DNA of 64,000 nucleotides, taken from positions 9,217-73,216 of the forward strand of contig JANMQY010000107.1 of the NCBI GenBank assembly GCA_031370785.1, given 5' to 3'. Position 1 is the stretch's first letter; every line of letters starts with the position of its first letter. This DNA comes from Candidatus Eiseniibacteriota bacterium (GTDB taxonomy: Bacteria > Eisenbacteria > RBG-16-71-46). The position numbers and the translations under genes are program-made. The notes under the pieces are model-generated. The model ran no database searches and was not told the origin of the DNA. It saw nothing but the letters and a program-made list of their open reading frames with translations. Below, in pieces: positions 48,210 to 57,799 of the stretch.

Positions 48210-48248
48210 TTCGACCTCACTCCATCCCGGACCGCGGGTGACGGCGTC
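48210..48248. repeat. Direct repeat copy 2 flanking the alpha/beta hydrolase gene
   Basis: TTCGACCTCACTCCATCCCGGACCGCGGGTGACGGCGTC; 996 nt from copy 1. Confidence 0.9.
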
Positions 48249-48290
48249 GATAGCCGCTGCTCGTTCGAGCCTCGAGAAAGGGACTTTCTC

Positions 48291-48905
48291 ATGAACGAAG
48301 CGTCGAGCGGCACACCTTCCGAAATCATTGCACCCGAAACCTGCGCCCAGTGCGGGAAGACCCTCAGCCCCGACGATCGCATCTCCGCAGGCGATCGCGT
48401 CTTCTGTCGCTCGTGCTATGCGTCGCTTCGAGCGGAGCTCGAGCAGGCCGTCACCGCCATGTCCACCAACATCAACTATGTGAACGCCACCGTTGGTGCG
48501 GTGCTCGGTGGGATCGTGGGCGTGATGGTGTGGTGGGGATTCACGGTCGTCACCCACATCGCGTTCGGATTGATCGCGGTCGCGATCGGGTTCCTCGTGG
48601 GCCAGGGGGCGGTGCGATTCGCGGGCGGCAAACACTCGCGGGGACTCCAGATCCTCTCCGTGCTCGTCGCGCTGGGGAGCTACCTCTGCGCGACGTACCT
48701 CGTGAACATGAGTTTCATCAACAAGGCGTTCGCCGAGAAGGGCGATGCGTTCCGAGTCGGCTTTCCTCCTCAGAATCTGGATCTCTTCATCAAGGTACTC
48801 AAGGTCGGCTTCGGACTCATGGACTTCGTCTTCCTCGCGATCGTCATCTATCAGGCGTGGAAGATTCCGAGCCCGCCCAGGCTCCCTCCAGAGCACGCGG
48901 CATGA
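48291..48905 (+). CDS. Membrane protein with N-terminal CxxC...CxxC zinc finger
   Basis: CAQC...CRSC followed by four hydrophobic helices. Confidence 0.8.
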   Translation: MNEASSGTPSEIIAPETCAQCGKTLSPDDRISAGDRVFCRSCYASLRAELEQAVTAMSTNINYVNATVGAVLGGIVGVMVWWGFTVVTHIAFGLIAVAIGFLVGQGAVRFAGGKHSRGLQILSVLVALGSYLCATYLVNMSFINKAFAEKGDAFRVGFPPQNLDLFIKVLKVGFGLMDFVFLAIVIYQAWKIPSPPRLPPEHAA

Positions 48906-49804
48906 ACGAGCCGCGTTCCGAACAAGAAGAGCGGAAACACATCGAGAACCTGCGCGCGATCCTCGCCGGGCCGACGCCGTCCGGCACCGCGCGTGCCGCA
49001 GCCGGAAGTGACAGGGCGAGCGGGACAGCCATCGGCGACTCCGCGCACCCCTCCCACCGCGCGCGCAACGGGATTCTCGGCGGCCTGGGCGCGTCAATCG
49101 TGTTCCTCGTCGGCAAGCTCAAGTTGCTGGGACTCCTCGTCGGCGTGCTCAAGCTCAAGACGCTCGGAACGATGCTGCTCAGCATCGTGCTCTACGCCAC
49201 CCAGTGGGGCGCGCCGTTCGCGATTGGTTTTGTTCTGCTCATTTTCGTGCACGAGATGGGGCACGTGGTCGTGCTTCGTCACGAGGGCATTCCCGCCGGT
49301 GCGCCGGTGTTCATCCCATTCCTCGGCGCGTTCATCGCGATGAAAGGCCGGCCGCGCGATGCCTACGTCGAAGCCAAGGTCGCGATCGGAGGGCCGGTGA
49401 CAGGCTCGATCGCCGCGTGGGCCGTGCTCGCGGCGGGACTCGCTCTGCAGCGTCCCATGCTCATCACGCTCGGGCACGCGGGCATTCTCCTCAACCTCTT
49501 CAATCTGATTCCGGTCTCGCCGCTCGACGGCGGTCGCATCGCGGGCGCATTCAGCCGCGAGTTCTGGATCATCGGCTACCTGCTGGGCATCGGGGCGCTG
49601 GTGCTCACCCGGTCGCCCCTGCTGCTCATCGTTCTTCTGGTCGGACTGTTCACGATGTGGCAGCGATGGCGCCACCCGGTGGCGGGCTATCACGACATCC
49701 CGCGCGCCAAGCGCCTGATGGTGGGCCTGGGCTATGCGGCTCTCGTGATCGCGCTCACGCTGACGCTTCCGATCGGGCTCACAATCCATCCCGCGACGCA
49801 ATAG
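48902..49804 (+). CDS. Site-2 protease (M50) family protein
   Basis: HEMGH, FIPFLGA, AIGGP, NLFNLIPVSPLDGGR; ATGA overlap. Confidence 0.92.
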   Translation: MNEPRSEQEERKHIENLRAILAGPTPSGTARAAAGSDRASGTAIGDSAHPSHRARNGILGGLGASIVFLVGKLKLLGLLVGVLKLKTLGTMLLSIVLYATQWGAPFAIGFVLLIFVHEMGHVVVLRHEGIPAGAPVFIPFLGAFIAMKGRPRDAYVEAKVAIGGPVTGSIAAWAVLAAGLALQRPMLITLGHAGILLNLFNLIPVSPLDGGRIAGAFSREFWIIGYLLGIGALVLTRSPLLLIVLLVGLFTMWQRWRHPVAGYHDIPRAKRLMVGLGYAALVIALTLTLPIGLTIHPATQ

Positions 49805-50098
49805 CACACGTCTCGCTCTTTCGCCCGAGCGTCTTTGGCGCGCACGCCGGCCGTCGATGATTCCGGGCGATATTGCACATCACTCGCAATTCGGGGCGTC
49901 GCGCTCTAGCATTCGCATCCGTGCGCAGCCCCGCCGATGAGCAGAAGGAATTCAACGAGCATCTGAAGAAGAGGCTCGCCGGGGTGCTGACGGCGGATGA
50001 GGCTCGAACCAGAAGGACGCCCGAGGCCGGACGACGACCCGGGCGTCCTTCGCATGCGGCGGCCACGCGATCGGCGTCGCTCGCCCCCTAGGATTCTC

Positions 50099-50680
50099 AT
50101 GGCGATCACGGAGCGCGAACCCAGGGTCCCTCGTCACCGCAAGGTGGGCGCTCTGTACCGCCGTTATTTCCGGGAGACTCGCCGCGAGCGCCTGTTCCTC
50201 GCCTCGCTCTCGTTCTTCGTCAGCTTCGCGATCACTCGTCTCATCACCCATTCCATTCACGGCGGGTCGGACCTGTTCGGCAATCTGTCGTTCGGCGGGC
50301 GGCACGTCCATCACCTGGTGTGGGGAATCCTGCTGCTGCTGGGCGTGGGCTATGGCTGGCTGATTCAGATCGGTACCGGCGAGAAGCACTCTTCTGTGAT
50401 CGCCGGCCGGATCATGGCGGTGCTCTACGGGCTCGGCGCCGCGCTGACGCTGGATGAATTCGCGCTGTGGCTGAACCTGCGCGATGTCTACTGGGAACGC
50501 GAGGGACGTGCCAGCATCGACGTGGTCGCGATGTTCGGCGCCCTGGTCTCGGCAGGACTGTGGGGCGGGCGATTCCTTCGAGCCGTCTGGCGCGAAGCCG
50601 TGCGAGTATTTCGTCTGTCGTGGCGCGGCGTGTCGCGGCGCAGGCTCAAGCGCCGTCCGGGTACGCCTCGCGATCGATGA
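50099..50680 (+). CDS. Conserved integral membrane protein of unknown function
   Basis: TR.ITH, GGRHVHHLVWG, G.GAALTLDEFALWL.L.DVYW..EGR.S.D. Confidence 0.8.
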   Translation: MAITEREPRVPRHRKVGALYRRYFRETRRERLFLASLSFFVSFAITRLITHSIHGGSDLFGNLSFGGRHVHHLVWGILLLLGVGYGWLIQIGTGEKHSSVIAGRIMAVLYGLGAALTLDEFALWLNLRDVYWEREGRASIDVVAMFGALVSAGLWGGRFLRAVWREAVRVFRLSWRGVSRRRLKRRPGTPRDR

Positions 50681-50711
50681 TCCCCCTCAACAACTGATCA
50701 GGAGGAAGAGC

Positions 50712-51275
50712 ATGGCCGAAGGAACTCGCCCGCGCACTCCTTCCGCGAATGAGAGCTCGGCGGCCGATGCGCTGCCGGGATTCCGCCGCGGCGTCGAGAA
50801 CCTCGAGACGATGAAACGCGAGGCGCATCGCGCCGAAAAGGCGAGCGAGAAGCTCGCGGACTTCTTCACCAGCTTCAGCGGCAGCATGGTATTCGTCTAT
50901 CTGCATGCCGTGTGGTTCCTGGTGTGGGTGGCATGGAACACGAAACTGATCCCCGGGCTCGAGCCCTTCGACCCGTTTCCGTTCGGGCTCCTGACCCTGG
51001 TCGTGTCGCTCGAGGCGATCTTCCTGTCGACCTTCGTGCTGATCTCGCAGAACCGGGAGAAGGTCCTCAGCGCGATGCGCGACGAGATCGAAACCCAGGT
51101 CAACCTGTATCAGGAACAGGAACTCACGCACGTCCTGCGCATCGTCCATCGAATCGAGAAACATCTCGGAATCGAGGACGAGGATGAGGAGACGGTCGCG
51201 GCGATGGAATGCTTCGTCGATTCCGACGGACTGTTCCGTCAGATTGAGAGCAAGGTGCTCAAGAAGTCTGAATGA
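50712..51275 (+). CDS. DUF1003 domain membrane protein
   Basis: GSM.FV..H..WF..W, FDPFPFGLLTLVVSLEAIFLSTFVLISQNR; RBS AGGAGG. Confidence 0.9.
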   Translation: MAEGTRPRTPSANESSAADALPGFRRGVENLETMKREAHRAEKASEKLADFFTSFSGSMVFVYLHAVWFLVWVAWNTKLIPGLEPFDPFPFGLLTLVVSLEAIFLSTFVLISQNREKVLSAMRDEIETQVNLYQEQELTHVLRIVHRIEKHLGIEDEDEETVAAMECFVDSDGLFRQIESKVLKKSE

Positions 51276-51299
51276 GCGACCTGCCAGCGAACGACTCGC

Positions 51300-52904
51300 C
51301 TAATTCAGGTGCACAAAGCGCGCGGCCAGGCTCCTGCCACCCGAGGTGAGCCGCACGAAGTAGAGACCCGACAGCGACGCCTTGCCACGGTCGTCGCGGC
51401 CGTCCCACGAGAGCTGGTGCGCGCCGGGTTCGAGCCAGTTCTGCTGCGTCCCCCACACGCGACGCCCGGTCACATCGAGCACGTCGATTCGTGTCTGAGC
51501 CGCGGCAGCCAGCGAGAAGTGGAAAGCCACGCGGCCACCGGAAGGGTTGGGGTGCGGCGTCGCGAGCGCGAACCGAAGCGGCCCGTCTCCAACGCTCAAA
51601 GGCGATTGCGTCACCTGGAACAGATTGTCGCTGGGATCGGATGCCTGATTGAGCGCGGCGTCGAACGCGGTCAGCCGGACCAGCACGCTGTCCGAGGCGG
51701 TTGCATCCACGGTCCAGCCGTAGCTGCCCGAGTTGGCGAGCCCATGCTGAAGCGTGGTCCACGGCCCCGCGCTGCCATGCACCGAGTAGTCGAGATCGAC
51801 CGAGGTCACGCCGACGTTGTCGCTGGCATTCCAGGTCACGGACTGCGCGGAGCCGGAGGGCCAGCTCTCGCCGCCGTTGGGCGAAACGACGGCCACGCTC
51901 GGGGCGGTCGCATCTACCGCGGTGCCGCTGTTGGTGAAGGTGTCCGCGTACGCGGCGGCGTAGATCGAGTCCACGCCCCCGGGCTGCCAGGTCGCGACGA
52001 TCCGGATCGGACCGTTGGCCACCTTGTCCCACGTCGGATCCGGTGTCGCACCAGCGCCCAGCTGGGACCAGTACGTGCGCACTCCGTGGTTATGGAGGCG
52101 GGTCAAAGTCTCAATTCTCGGATGCCCGTAGGTGTTGCCGTTTCCTGCCGTGACGATGCCGATCTTGGGCTGGATGGCGTTGAGCCAGTTCTCGTTGGTG
52201 GAATAGAAGGAAGCATGATGATGCACGAGCGACACCTCCACCTTTCCGACCAGAGGTCCCACGCCCGTCTCGACATCCACATTGCTGCCAGAGTTCATGC
52301 CTTCCAGGTCGCCGCCGATCTCTTCGTCGAACTCGCCGTAGGTGACCTTCATCACCACGCTCAACGAATTCTCATCGGTGGTGGCGATGCCGTTGCCTGC
52401 GAGCGCAACGCACTTGATGATCACCGGGTGCGCCGAGAGTGAATCCAGCACGAAGATCTGGCCCTTGGTGAGCGTGCGGCGCTTCGCGCCCAGATAGCTC
52501 ACGTAGTTGTTGTAGGTGGCAGTGGTGTAGCTGCCTCCCCGGTCCCAGCCCTGCTCGATGGTGATGCCAGGCAGCGCATTGATGCAGCCGATGTGGTCGC
52601 CGTGGTAATGGCTGGCGAAATGAAGTTTCACATTCGTGACGCCGAGGGCTTGCAGCTGCGAGAGCACGGAGGCACAGCTCGGGCAGTTGGTGCATAAGGT
52701 GGTGTTCGAACCGTCGTCGAACATCGCCACCTGACCCTCGGGCGAGATCAGGACCGCGGCATTCCCCTGCGCGGCGTTCAGATGGATGATCTGCAGCTTG
52801 CCATTGCCGGGCGGCACGGCGAGGGCGGGAACGGCGGCAGAGAGCAGGAATGAAGCGAACAACAGGGTTACGGCACTGCGTGTGGCCTTCGGGGGCCTTC
52901 GCAT
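51300..52904 (-). CDS. Secreted ComEC/Rec2-like metallo-beta-lactamase-fold hydrolase with Ig-like and FlgD Ig-like domains
   Basis: Signal peptide; QGNA, SHYHGDHIG, ENSLS, GGDL, HHAS, N.YGHP; SPNGGE Ig domain; PNP...DVTGRRV...WDGRD..G....SGLYFVRL. Confidence 0.85.
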   Translation of the reverse strand: MRRPPKATRSAVTLLFASFLLSAAVPALAVPPGNGKLQIIHLNAAQGNAAVLISPEGQVAMFDDGSNTTLCTNCPSCASVLSQLQALGVTNVKLHFASHYHGDHIGCINALPGITIEQGWDRGGSYTTATYNNYVSYLGAKRRTLTKGQIFVLDSLSAHPVIIKCVALAGNGIATTDENSLSVVMKVTYGEFDEEIGGDLEGMNSGSNVDVETGVGPLVGKVEVSLVHHHASFYSTNENWLNAIQPKIGIVTAGNGNTYGHPRIETLTRLHNHGVRTYWSQLGAGATPDPTWDKVANGPIRIVATWQPGGVDSIYAAAYADTFTNSGTAVDATAPSVAVVSPNGGESWPSGSAQSVTWNASDNVGVTSVDLDYSVHGSAGPWTTLQHGLANSGSYGWTVDATASDSVLVRLTAFDAALNQASDPSDNLFQVTQSPLSVGDGPLRFALATPHPNPSGGRVAFHFSLAAAAQTRIDVLDVTGRRVWGTQQNWLEPGAHQLSWDGRDDRGKASLSGLYFVRLTSGGRSLAARFVHLN

Positions 52905-53106
52905 GATGTCTCCGGCTGGCGGTCTCAATGAAGGGGCGATGGCCCCGTTGTTTGGGATGGGGGAAGTCTAGCAGGTATTGCCGCTCGGCAGCGAAGCCTT
53001 GCCGCGGTGGGTCCCGCGAGAGCAGAGCGAAGGGGCACCTCGAGCGGCTCCGAACCTGTGGTAAGGCGTGCGCCCGGGCGGACATGCTAGGCTAGGTCGC
53101 TCACGT

Positions 53107-54792
53107 ATGGATCCGGTTGACTCCGCTGACCGCGTGGAGGAGTCCATTACGCCCTCGACTATCTTGCGACACCCCGATGCGCCGATCGGAAGCCGTGGCG
53201 TCGAGCGTGAGTTTCTGACCTTTTTCGAGCACTCGCCGGACCCGATGCTGGGTTTCGATCGCGCGGGCCGCATCCGCATGATCAACGCTCGGGCCGAAGA
53301 GCTGCTCGGCTACCGGAGCTTTGAACTGCTCGGAGAGTCGATCGACCGCCTCCTCCCGGGGCTGGATCTCGCTCAGCTCGAGGAACAGCTCACTCCGGCG
53401 TCTCCCACCGCCTCCTGGGCTGGCCTCCGCAGGGAGCAGGCTGCGCGCCGGGCCGACGGGACTCCGCTCTACGTCGAGATGAGCGTGACGCCGATTCCGG
53501 CGAGCTCCGAGCTTCTGATCGCCGCCCGCATTCGTGAGGTCACCGAACGCACGCGCGAAGATGGAAACACCGATCTGCTCGAGCGCGAACGGGCCGCTCG
53601 CACGAGCCTGGAGCGGATCAACCGGATCAAGGACGAGTTCCTGATCACGCTCTCGCACGAACTGAGAACGCCACTCAACTCCATGCTCGGCTGGACCCAG
53701 CTGCTGGCCTCGGGAAAGCTCGACGAACCGACCAGTGCCCGGGCGCTGGGCACCATCGAGCGCAACATCCGCCTTCAGTCGCAGCTCATCGATGATCTGC
53801 TCGACATGTCGCGCATCCTGTCTGGCAAGATGCGCATCGAGGCCAGGCCGATCGCGATCGGGCCGATCATCGATGCGGCTCTCGAGATCGTTTCCCCCGC
53901 CGCGGAGAATCGTGGAATCCGACTGCGCAGGCAGCTCGATCGCGAGAGCATCGAGATCTTCGGCGATCCCGCCCGGCTTCAGCAGGTCATCTGGAATCTG
54001 CTTTCCAACGCGATCAAGTTCACTCCAGGGGGCGGCGAAGTCGAAGTACGCGTGCAGCGCGTCGATTCGTGGCTCCAGATCGTGGTGCGCGATACCGGAC
54101 AGGGAATCGACCCTTCATTCCTCCCGCACGTCTTCGATCGATTCCGCCAGGACGATGGCTCGACGACGCGCTCTCACGGCGGCATGGGACTCGGCCTGTC
54201 GCTCGTGCGCAGCCTCGTGGAAATGCACGGCGGACTCGTGCGGGCGGAGAGCGACGGGCTCGACAGGGGATCGACCTTCATCGTCTCCCTGCCGCTCTCG
54301 GGTGCATCCGCGCCGGTGCAGTCGGAAGAGCTCCCGAGGGTGGGACCCGGCGTCGCGCCTTTCAGAACGTTTGCTGCACTCGGCGAGCAACGCCTGGACG
54401 GCCTGCGCGTGCTGGTGGTGGACGATGAACACGACGCGCGGGAATACATGAGGAGACTGCTGGAAGCGTGCGGCGCAGAGGTGGTGACCGCCGGATCCGC
54501 ACCGGAAGCGCTGCGAGCCGTCACGAAAGTTCGTCCGGCAGTGATGGTCTGCGACATCGGCATGCCCAACGAGGATGGCTACGATCTCATCCGGAAAGTG
54601 AGGCTGCTCGCGACCGAACAGGGAGGCTTGACGCCTGCCGCCGCTCTCACCGCCTACTCGCGCGAAGAAGACCAGCGGAAATCGCTCGAGCTGGGGTACC
54701 AGTTTCACCTGTCGAAGCCGGTGGAGCCGGCCCATCTCATCAGCGTCGTCGCAGAACTCGCAAAGGGACGCACCCAGAGCGGGGTCCTCTAG
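53107..54792 (+). CDS. Hybrid sensor histidine kinase PAS-HisKA-HATPase-REC
   Basis: FLITLSHELRTPL, NLLSNAIKFT, DTGQGI, GGMGLGL, VVDDE, CDIGMP, SKPV. Confidence 0.93.
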   Translation: MDPVDSADRVEESITPSTILRHPDAPIGSRGVEREFLTFFEHSPDPMLGFDRAGRIRMINARAEELLGYRSFELLGESIDRLLPGLDLAQLEEQLTPASPTASWAGLRREQAARRADGTPLYVEMSVTPIPASSELLIAARIREVTERTREDGNTDLLERERAARTSLERINRIKDEFLITLSHELRTPLNSMLGWTQLLASGKLDEPTSARALGTIERNIRLQSQLIDDLLDMSRILSGKMRIEARPIAIGPIIDAALEIVSPAAENRGIRLRRQLDRESIEIFGDPARLQQVIWNLLSNAIKFTPGGGEVEVRVQRVDSWLQIVVRDTGQGIDPSFLPHVFDRFRQDDGSTTRSHGGMGLGLSLVRSLVEMHGGLVRAESDGLDRGSTFIVSLPLSGASAPVQSEELPRVGPGVAPFRTFAALGEQRLDGLRVLVVDDEHDAREYMRRLLEACGAEVVTAGSAPEALRAVTKVRPAVMVCDIGMPNEDGYDLIRKVRLLATEQGGLTPAAALTAYSREEDQRKSLELGYQFHLSKPVEPAHLISVVAELAKGRTQSGVL

Positions 54793-54808
54793 ATGGAGCG
54801 CGGGCTCG

Positions 54809-55204
54809 TCAGCGGGTCAGAGCGGCCTTGACGGCTCCCACGATCTGCTCGAGGTCGTAAGGCTTCCCGATGACTTCAAAAACCTCGCCAGGATTGCCGA
54901 CCAGCTCCTGCAGTCGCTTGCGATGGGTCGTGGTCAGAACCCACTGGACATTCTTGAGCGCATCGGAGGACTGGAGCAACCTGAGGAAAGTCCAGTTCTC
55001 TTCGTAGGGAAGCGCGATATCGTAGATGATCACGTCGGGATCGTGCTGCCGCACGAACTCGAACACGTCCACCTGACCCTTCTTCAGGTCGGAGACGTGA
55101 GTCGAGGCGACCGCGAAACCCTGCTCCTCGAGTGTCACTTTCAGCAGGTCGATCGTGTCCTGACTCGAATTGAAGATCGCCACCGATGGTAACGTCTTGG
55201 CCAT
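54809..55204 (-). CDS. Single-domain receiver protein, atypical
   Basis: [22 protein letters not shown]; the first acidic pair is replaced (IFNSS). Confidence 0.82.
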   Translation of the reverse strand: MAKTLPSVAIFNSSQDTIDLLKVTLEEQGFAVASTHVSDLKKGQVDVFEFVRQHDPDVIIYDIALPYEENWTFLRLLQSSDALKNVQWVLTTTHRKRLQELVGNPGEVFEVIGKPYDLEQIVGAVKAALTR

Positions 55205-55334
55205 GGGAGTCTCCGGGACACTTCAGATACGGGTCGCTTGCCTGACGTATTTGGATGACAACTCTCTTCGTTCGGAGCGAAGGACGATAGCAGCGCCGGG
55301 AGTGACGGAGCAACCAGCGGGCGAGGAGATCCGA

Positions 55335-56126
55335 TTGACGAAATTCAGAGAGACGCCTGCCCCCGCCACGCGACCCCGGCTCGCCTACCGCGACCCCAGC
55401 TTTCTCGACAGCGACGAGGCGCGGCCCCTGCGAATCCTGTCGGAGTACCTGCACCCGCTTCGCGCCTTCCGCCGGCACCAGGTCCTGGACACGATCGTGT
55501 TCTTCGGGTCGGCGAGGATTCGGGAGGATGGGCCGATGGGCTCCGTGTACGCCGAAGCGCGCGAGCTCGCCCGGCTCGTCACCGAGTGGTCGATGGAGCC
55601 GAAATCCCCCGCGGAAAACTGCCTGGTCTGCACCGGAGGCGGCCCCGGGATCATGGAGGCCGCGAACCGCGGCGCCGCGGATGCGGGCGGGCGCACCATC
55701 GGGCTCAACATCGGGCTGCCCCACGAGCAGCGCCCCAATCCCTACATCTCGGACGGACTCTCTTTCGAATTCCACTACTTCTTCATGCGCAAGCTCTGGT
55801 TCGCCTACCTCGCGCGCGCGTTCGTGGCATTCCCCGGTGGCTTCGGGACACTGGATGAGCTGTTCGAGATCCTGACGCTGTCGCAGACCCGCAAGCTCGA
55901 CCGGCGCGTGATGGTGATCCTGCACGGCTCGAAATACTGGAACGAGATCCTCAACTTCGACGCGCTGACGCGCCACGAAATGATCAGCGCCGAGGATCTC
56001 GACCTGTTCCGCATCGTGGACAGTCCGGCCGAGGCGCTCGAAGCCCTCAAGCGCGGCCTCGCGCCCGGAACCGACGCCGCCGCCCCGGCCATCGCACGCT
56101 CGGTCACGCCCAACCGCGAGGCGTAG
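55335..56126 (+). CDS. LOG family protein (TIGR00730-type nucleotide phosphoribohydrolase)
   Basis: FFGSAR, TGGGPGIMEAANRGA, FHYFFMRK, PGGFGTLDE; TTG with RBS GAGGAG. Confidence 0.92.
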   Translation: MTKFRETPAPATRPRLAYRDPSFLDSDEARPLRILSEYLHPLRAFRRHQVLDTIVFFGSARIREDGPMGSVYAEARELARLVTEWSMEPKSPAENCLVCTGGGPGIMEAANRGAADAGGRTIGLNIGLPHEQRPNPYISDGLSFEFHYFFMRKLWFAYLARAFVAFPGGFGTLDELFEILTLSQTRKLDRRVMVILHGSKYWNEILNFDALTRHEMISAEDLDLFRIVDSPAEALEALKRGLAPGTDAAAPAIARSVTPNREA

Positions 56127-56152
56127 CCCCTGCCGGGGCAGCAATGCGGCGC

Positions 56153-56180
56153 TGAAGCCTCGCTTCCCCCCTGCCGATAA
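56153..56180 (+). promoter_or_regulatory. Putative sigma28-type promoter
   Basis: TGAAG-N15-GCCGATAA (perfect -10 element), 82 nt upstream of GTG 56263. Confidence 0.65.
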
Positions 56181-56262
56181 CTCCGCAGCATCTGTGCCTT
56201 CCCGGGCAGATTCCGGGGCGCCGCCCTGTTCGTCGCAGACCTCGATTCGCGGAGCGCATTTC

Positions 56263-57531
56263 GTGAAGAAGCGTCGTCTTCAGAAGTCTCAGCTCGTATC
56301 GATCGCGGTACGGGTCGCCGGCTTCATGCTCAAGAGCCAGCTCCTCACGGTGTTTCTGCTGCTGTGCGGAGTAGGCTTCTGGGCAGGCACGCGCATGCGC
56401 CCCGACTCGGGGACGGTCCAGTACGACGAGCTGTTCGAGAACATGACCGTGCTGTCGTACCGCGAGACGCCGTCCGACTCGGTCGCCCACTTCGTGGTCG
56501 AGCTCTCGGCGGGCAACCGGGTGTTCCAGGAGTACGACGTCGATGCACGCAGCTTCGTGGCCCCGACGCGCGGGCGCGACTATCGCCGCGCGATCAGCGG
56601 CACGCGCTACCCCGCCCTTCACGTGCGCGGCCATGTCGACCAGGGTTTCTGGCTCGAGCTTCCGCGCTCCACCGCCCGCGCGCTGCTTCCCGAGCAGTTC
56701 CAGGAGCTGTACCGGACCACGATCGACTATGTGAAGCCGGTCTCGATTGCGACCACCATACTCGGCACGCTGTCCGGCTACTCGATCGGCTACCGGGCCG
56801 CCACCTGGAGCCACTCGCTGTACAACCCGGCGGTGCAGGCGCGGGTGCTCGCCGCTCCGGGCATGGAGCGCATGATCGCGCGCGAGGCCTGGCGGCGCGT
56901 CCTGATCGAGCCAGTGGTGATGGCGGACGAGGGCGGCGCCGGGCGCTTCGCGGCGATCCACGGCACGCAGCGCCTCTATACCAACTTCTTCAGGCTCGCG
57001 CTCAACGACAGCGACGCGTTCATCCCGCGCGAGGCTGCGCGGCTGGACTCCATCGGCCACGCTCGCGAGGCCCGCACCATGCTGGCGTTCGCGCGGGCGG
57101 TGAAGCGCGCCGCGCAGGACACCTGCGTTCTCGGGAGCGCGGACTTCGGCGCAATCGAGAGCTGGGCGAGCCTGCTCGACCGCCGCGGGCACTGGTCGCA
57201 GGGCGCCACCCCGCCTGCCGGCGAGGAGCGCATGCAGTACTTCGGGATGCTCACCTGGTACGGGCTCGGCCCGCAGTCGCCGGACGAGCGTCGCATCTGG
57301 GTCGGCCCGCGACTGCTGGTGAGCGCAGGCGGCAGCGAAGGCTTCGTCGCCGACGAGATCCCGCTCAGTCGCGTCGGCTGCCCGGTCGCGTGGCGCGGCT
57401 GGCTGCGCAACGACGGTACCGTTCCGGCCTCGAACTCCTGGTCGGCGCACCTGATCGGAGCTTCGCGCGAGCTGGCTCCGGTGGTCGACTTCGGGCGCGG
57501 CATTGCCAGCAGGGTTCTCGGCCGGCGGTAG
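56263..57531 (+). CDS. Membrane-anchored hypothetical protein
   Basis: Long GC3-rich frame; basic N-terminus then a TM helix; no recognisable family. Confidence 0.75.
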   Translation: MKKRRLQKSQLVSIAVRVAGFMLKSQLLTVFLLLCGVGFWAGTRMRPDSGTVQYDELFENMTVLSYRETPSDSVAHFVVELSAGNRVFQEYDVDARSFVAPTRGRDYRRAISGTRYPALHVRGHVDQGFWLELPRSTARALLPEQFQELYRTTIDYVKPVSIATTILGTLSGYSIGYRAATWSHSLYNPAVQARVLAAPGMERMIAREAWRRVLIEPVVMADEGGAGRFAAIHGTQRLYTNFFRLALNDSDAFIPREAARLDSIGHAREARTMLAFARAVKRAAQDTCVLGSADFGAIESWASLLDRRGHWSQGATPPAGEERMQYFGMLTWYGLGPQSPDERRIWVGPRLLVSAGGSEGFVADEIPLSRVGCPVAWRGWLRNDGTVPASNSWSAHLIGASRELAPVVDFGRGIASRVLGRR

Positions 57532-57799
57532 ATACCGCAGTTCTTGAATCTTCTGGTCTGCAACTTCTGCAATCCGGCGCCGCCCCATCCCCGGGATACG
57601 CGATAACCTTCAGTGGTCCCCACCGGTCCTCGCGAGCGCCTGCCGAACACAAGGCTCTGTCTCCCCTTGTCTTCCGGCCCTGCCCGCATCCTTCCTGCGA
57701 ACCGGGCTTCGAACTCCAATACCAATTGGACTGAACCATGCTTAGGGGCCCGAACAGTCCACCAGCAACTCGAGCCCACACGAAACCAGGGAGCAAGGC

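Noticed and set aside
47214..48248. CRISPR array or integron attC sites
   Set aside because: Only two copies about 1 kb apart, no cas or intI gene, and no attC core sites
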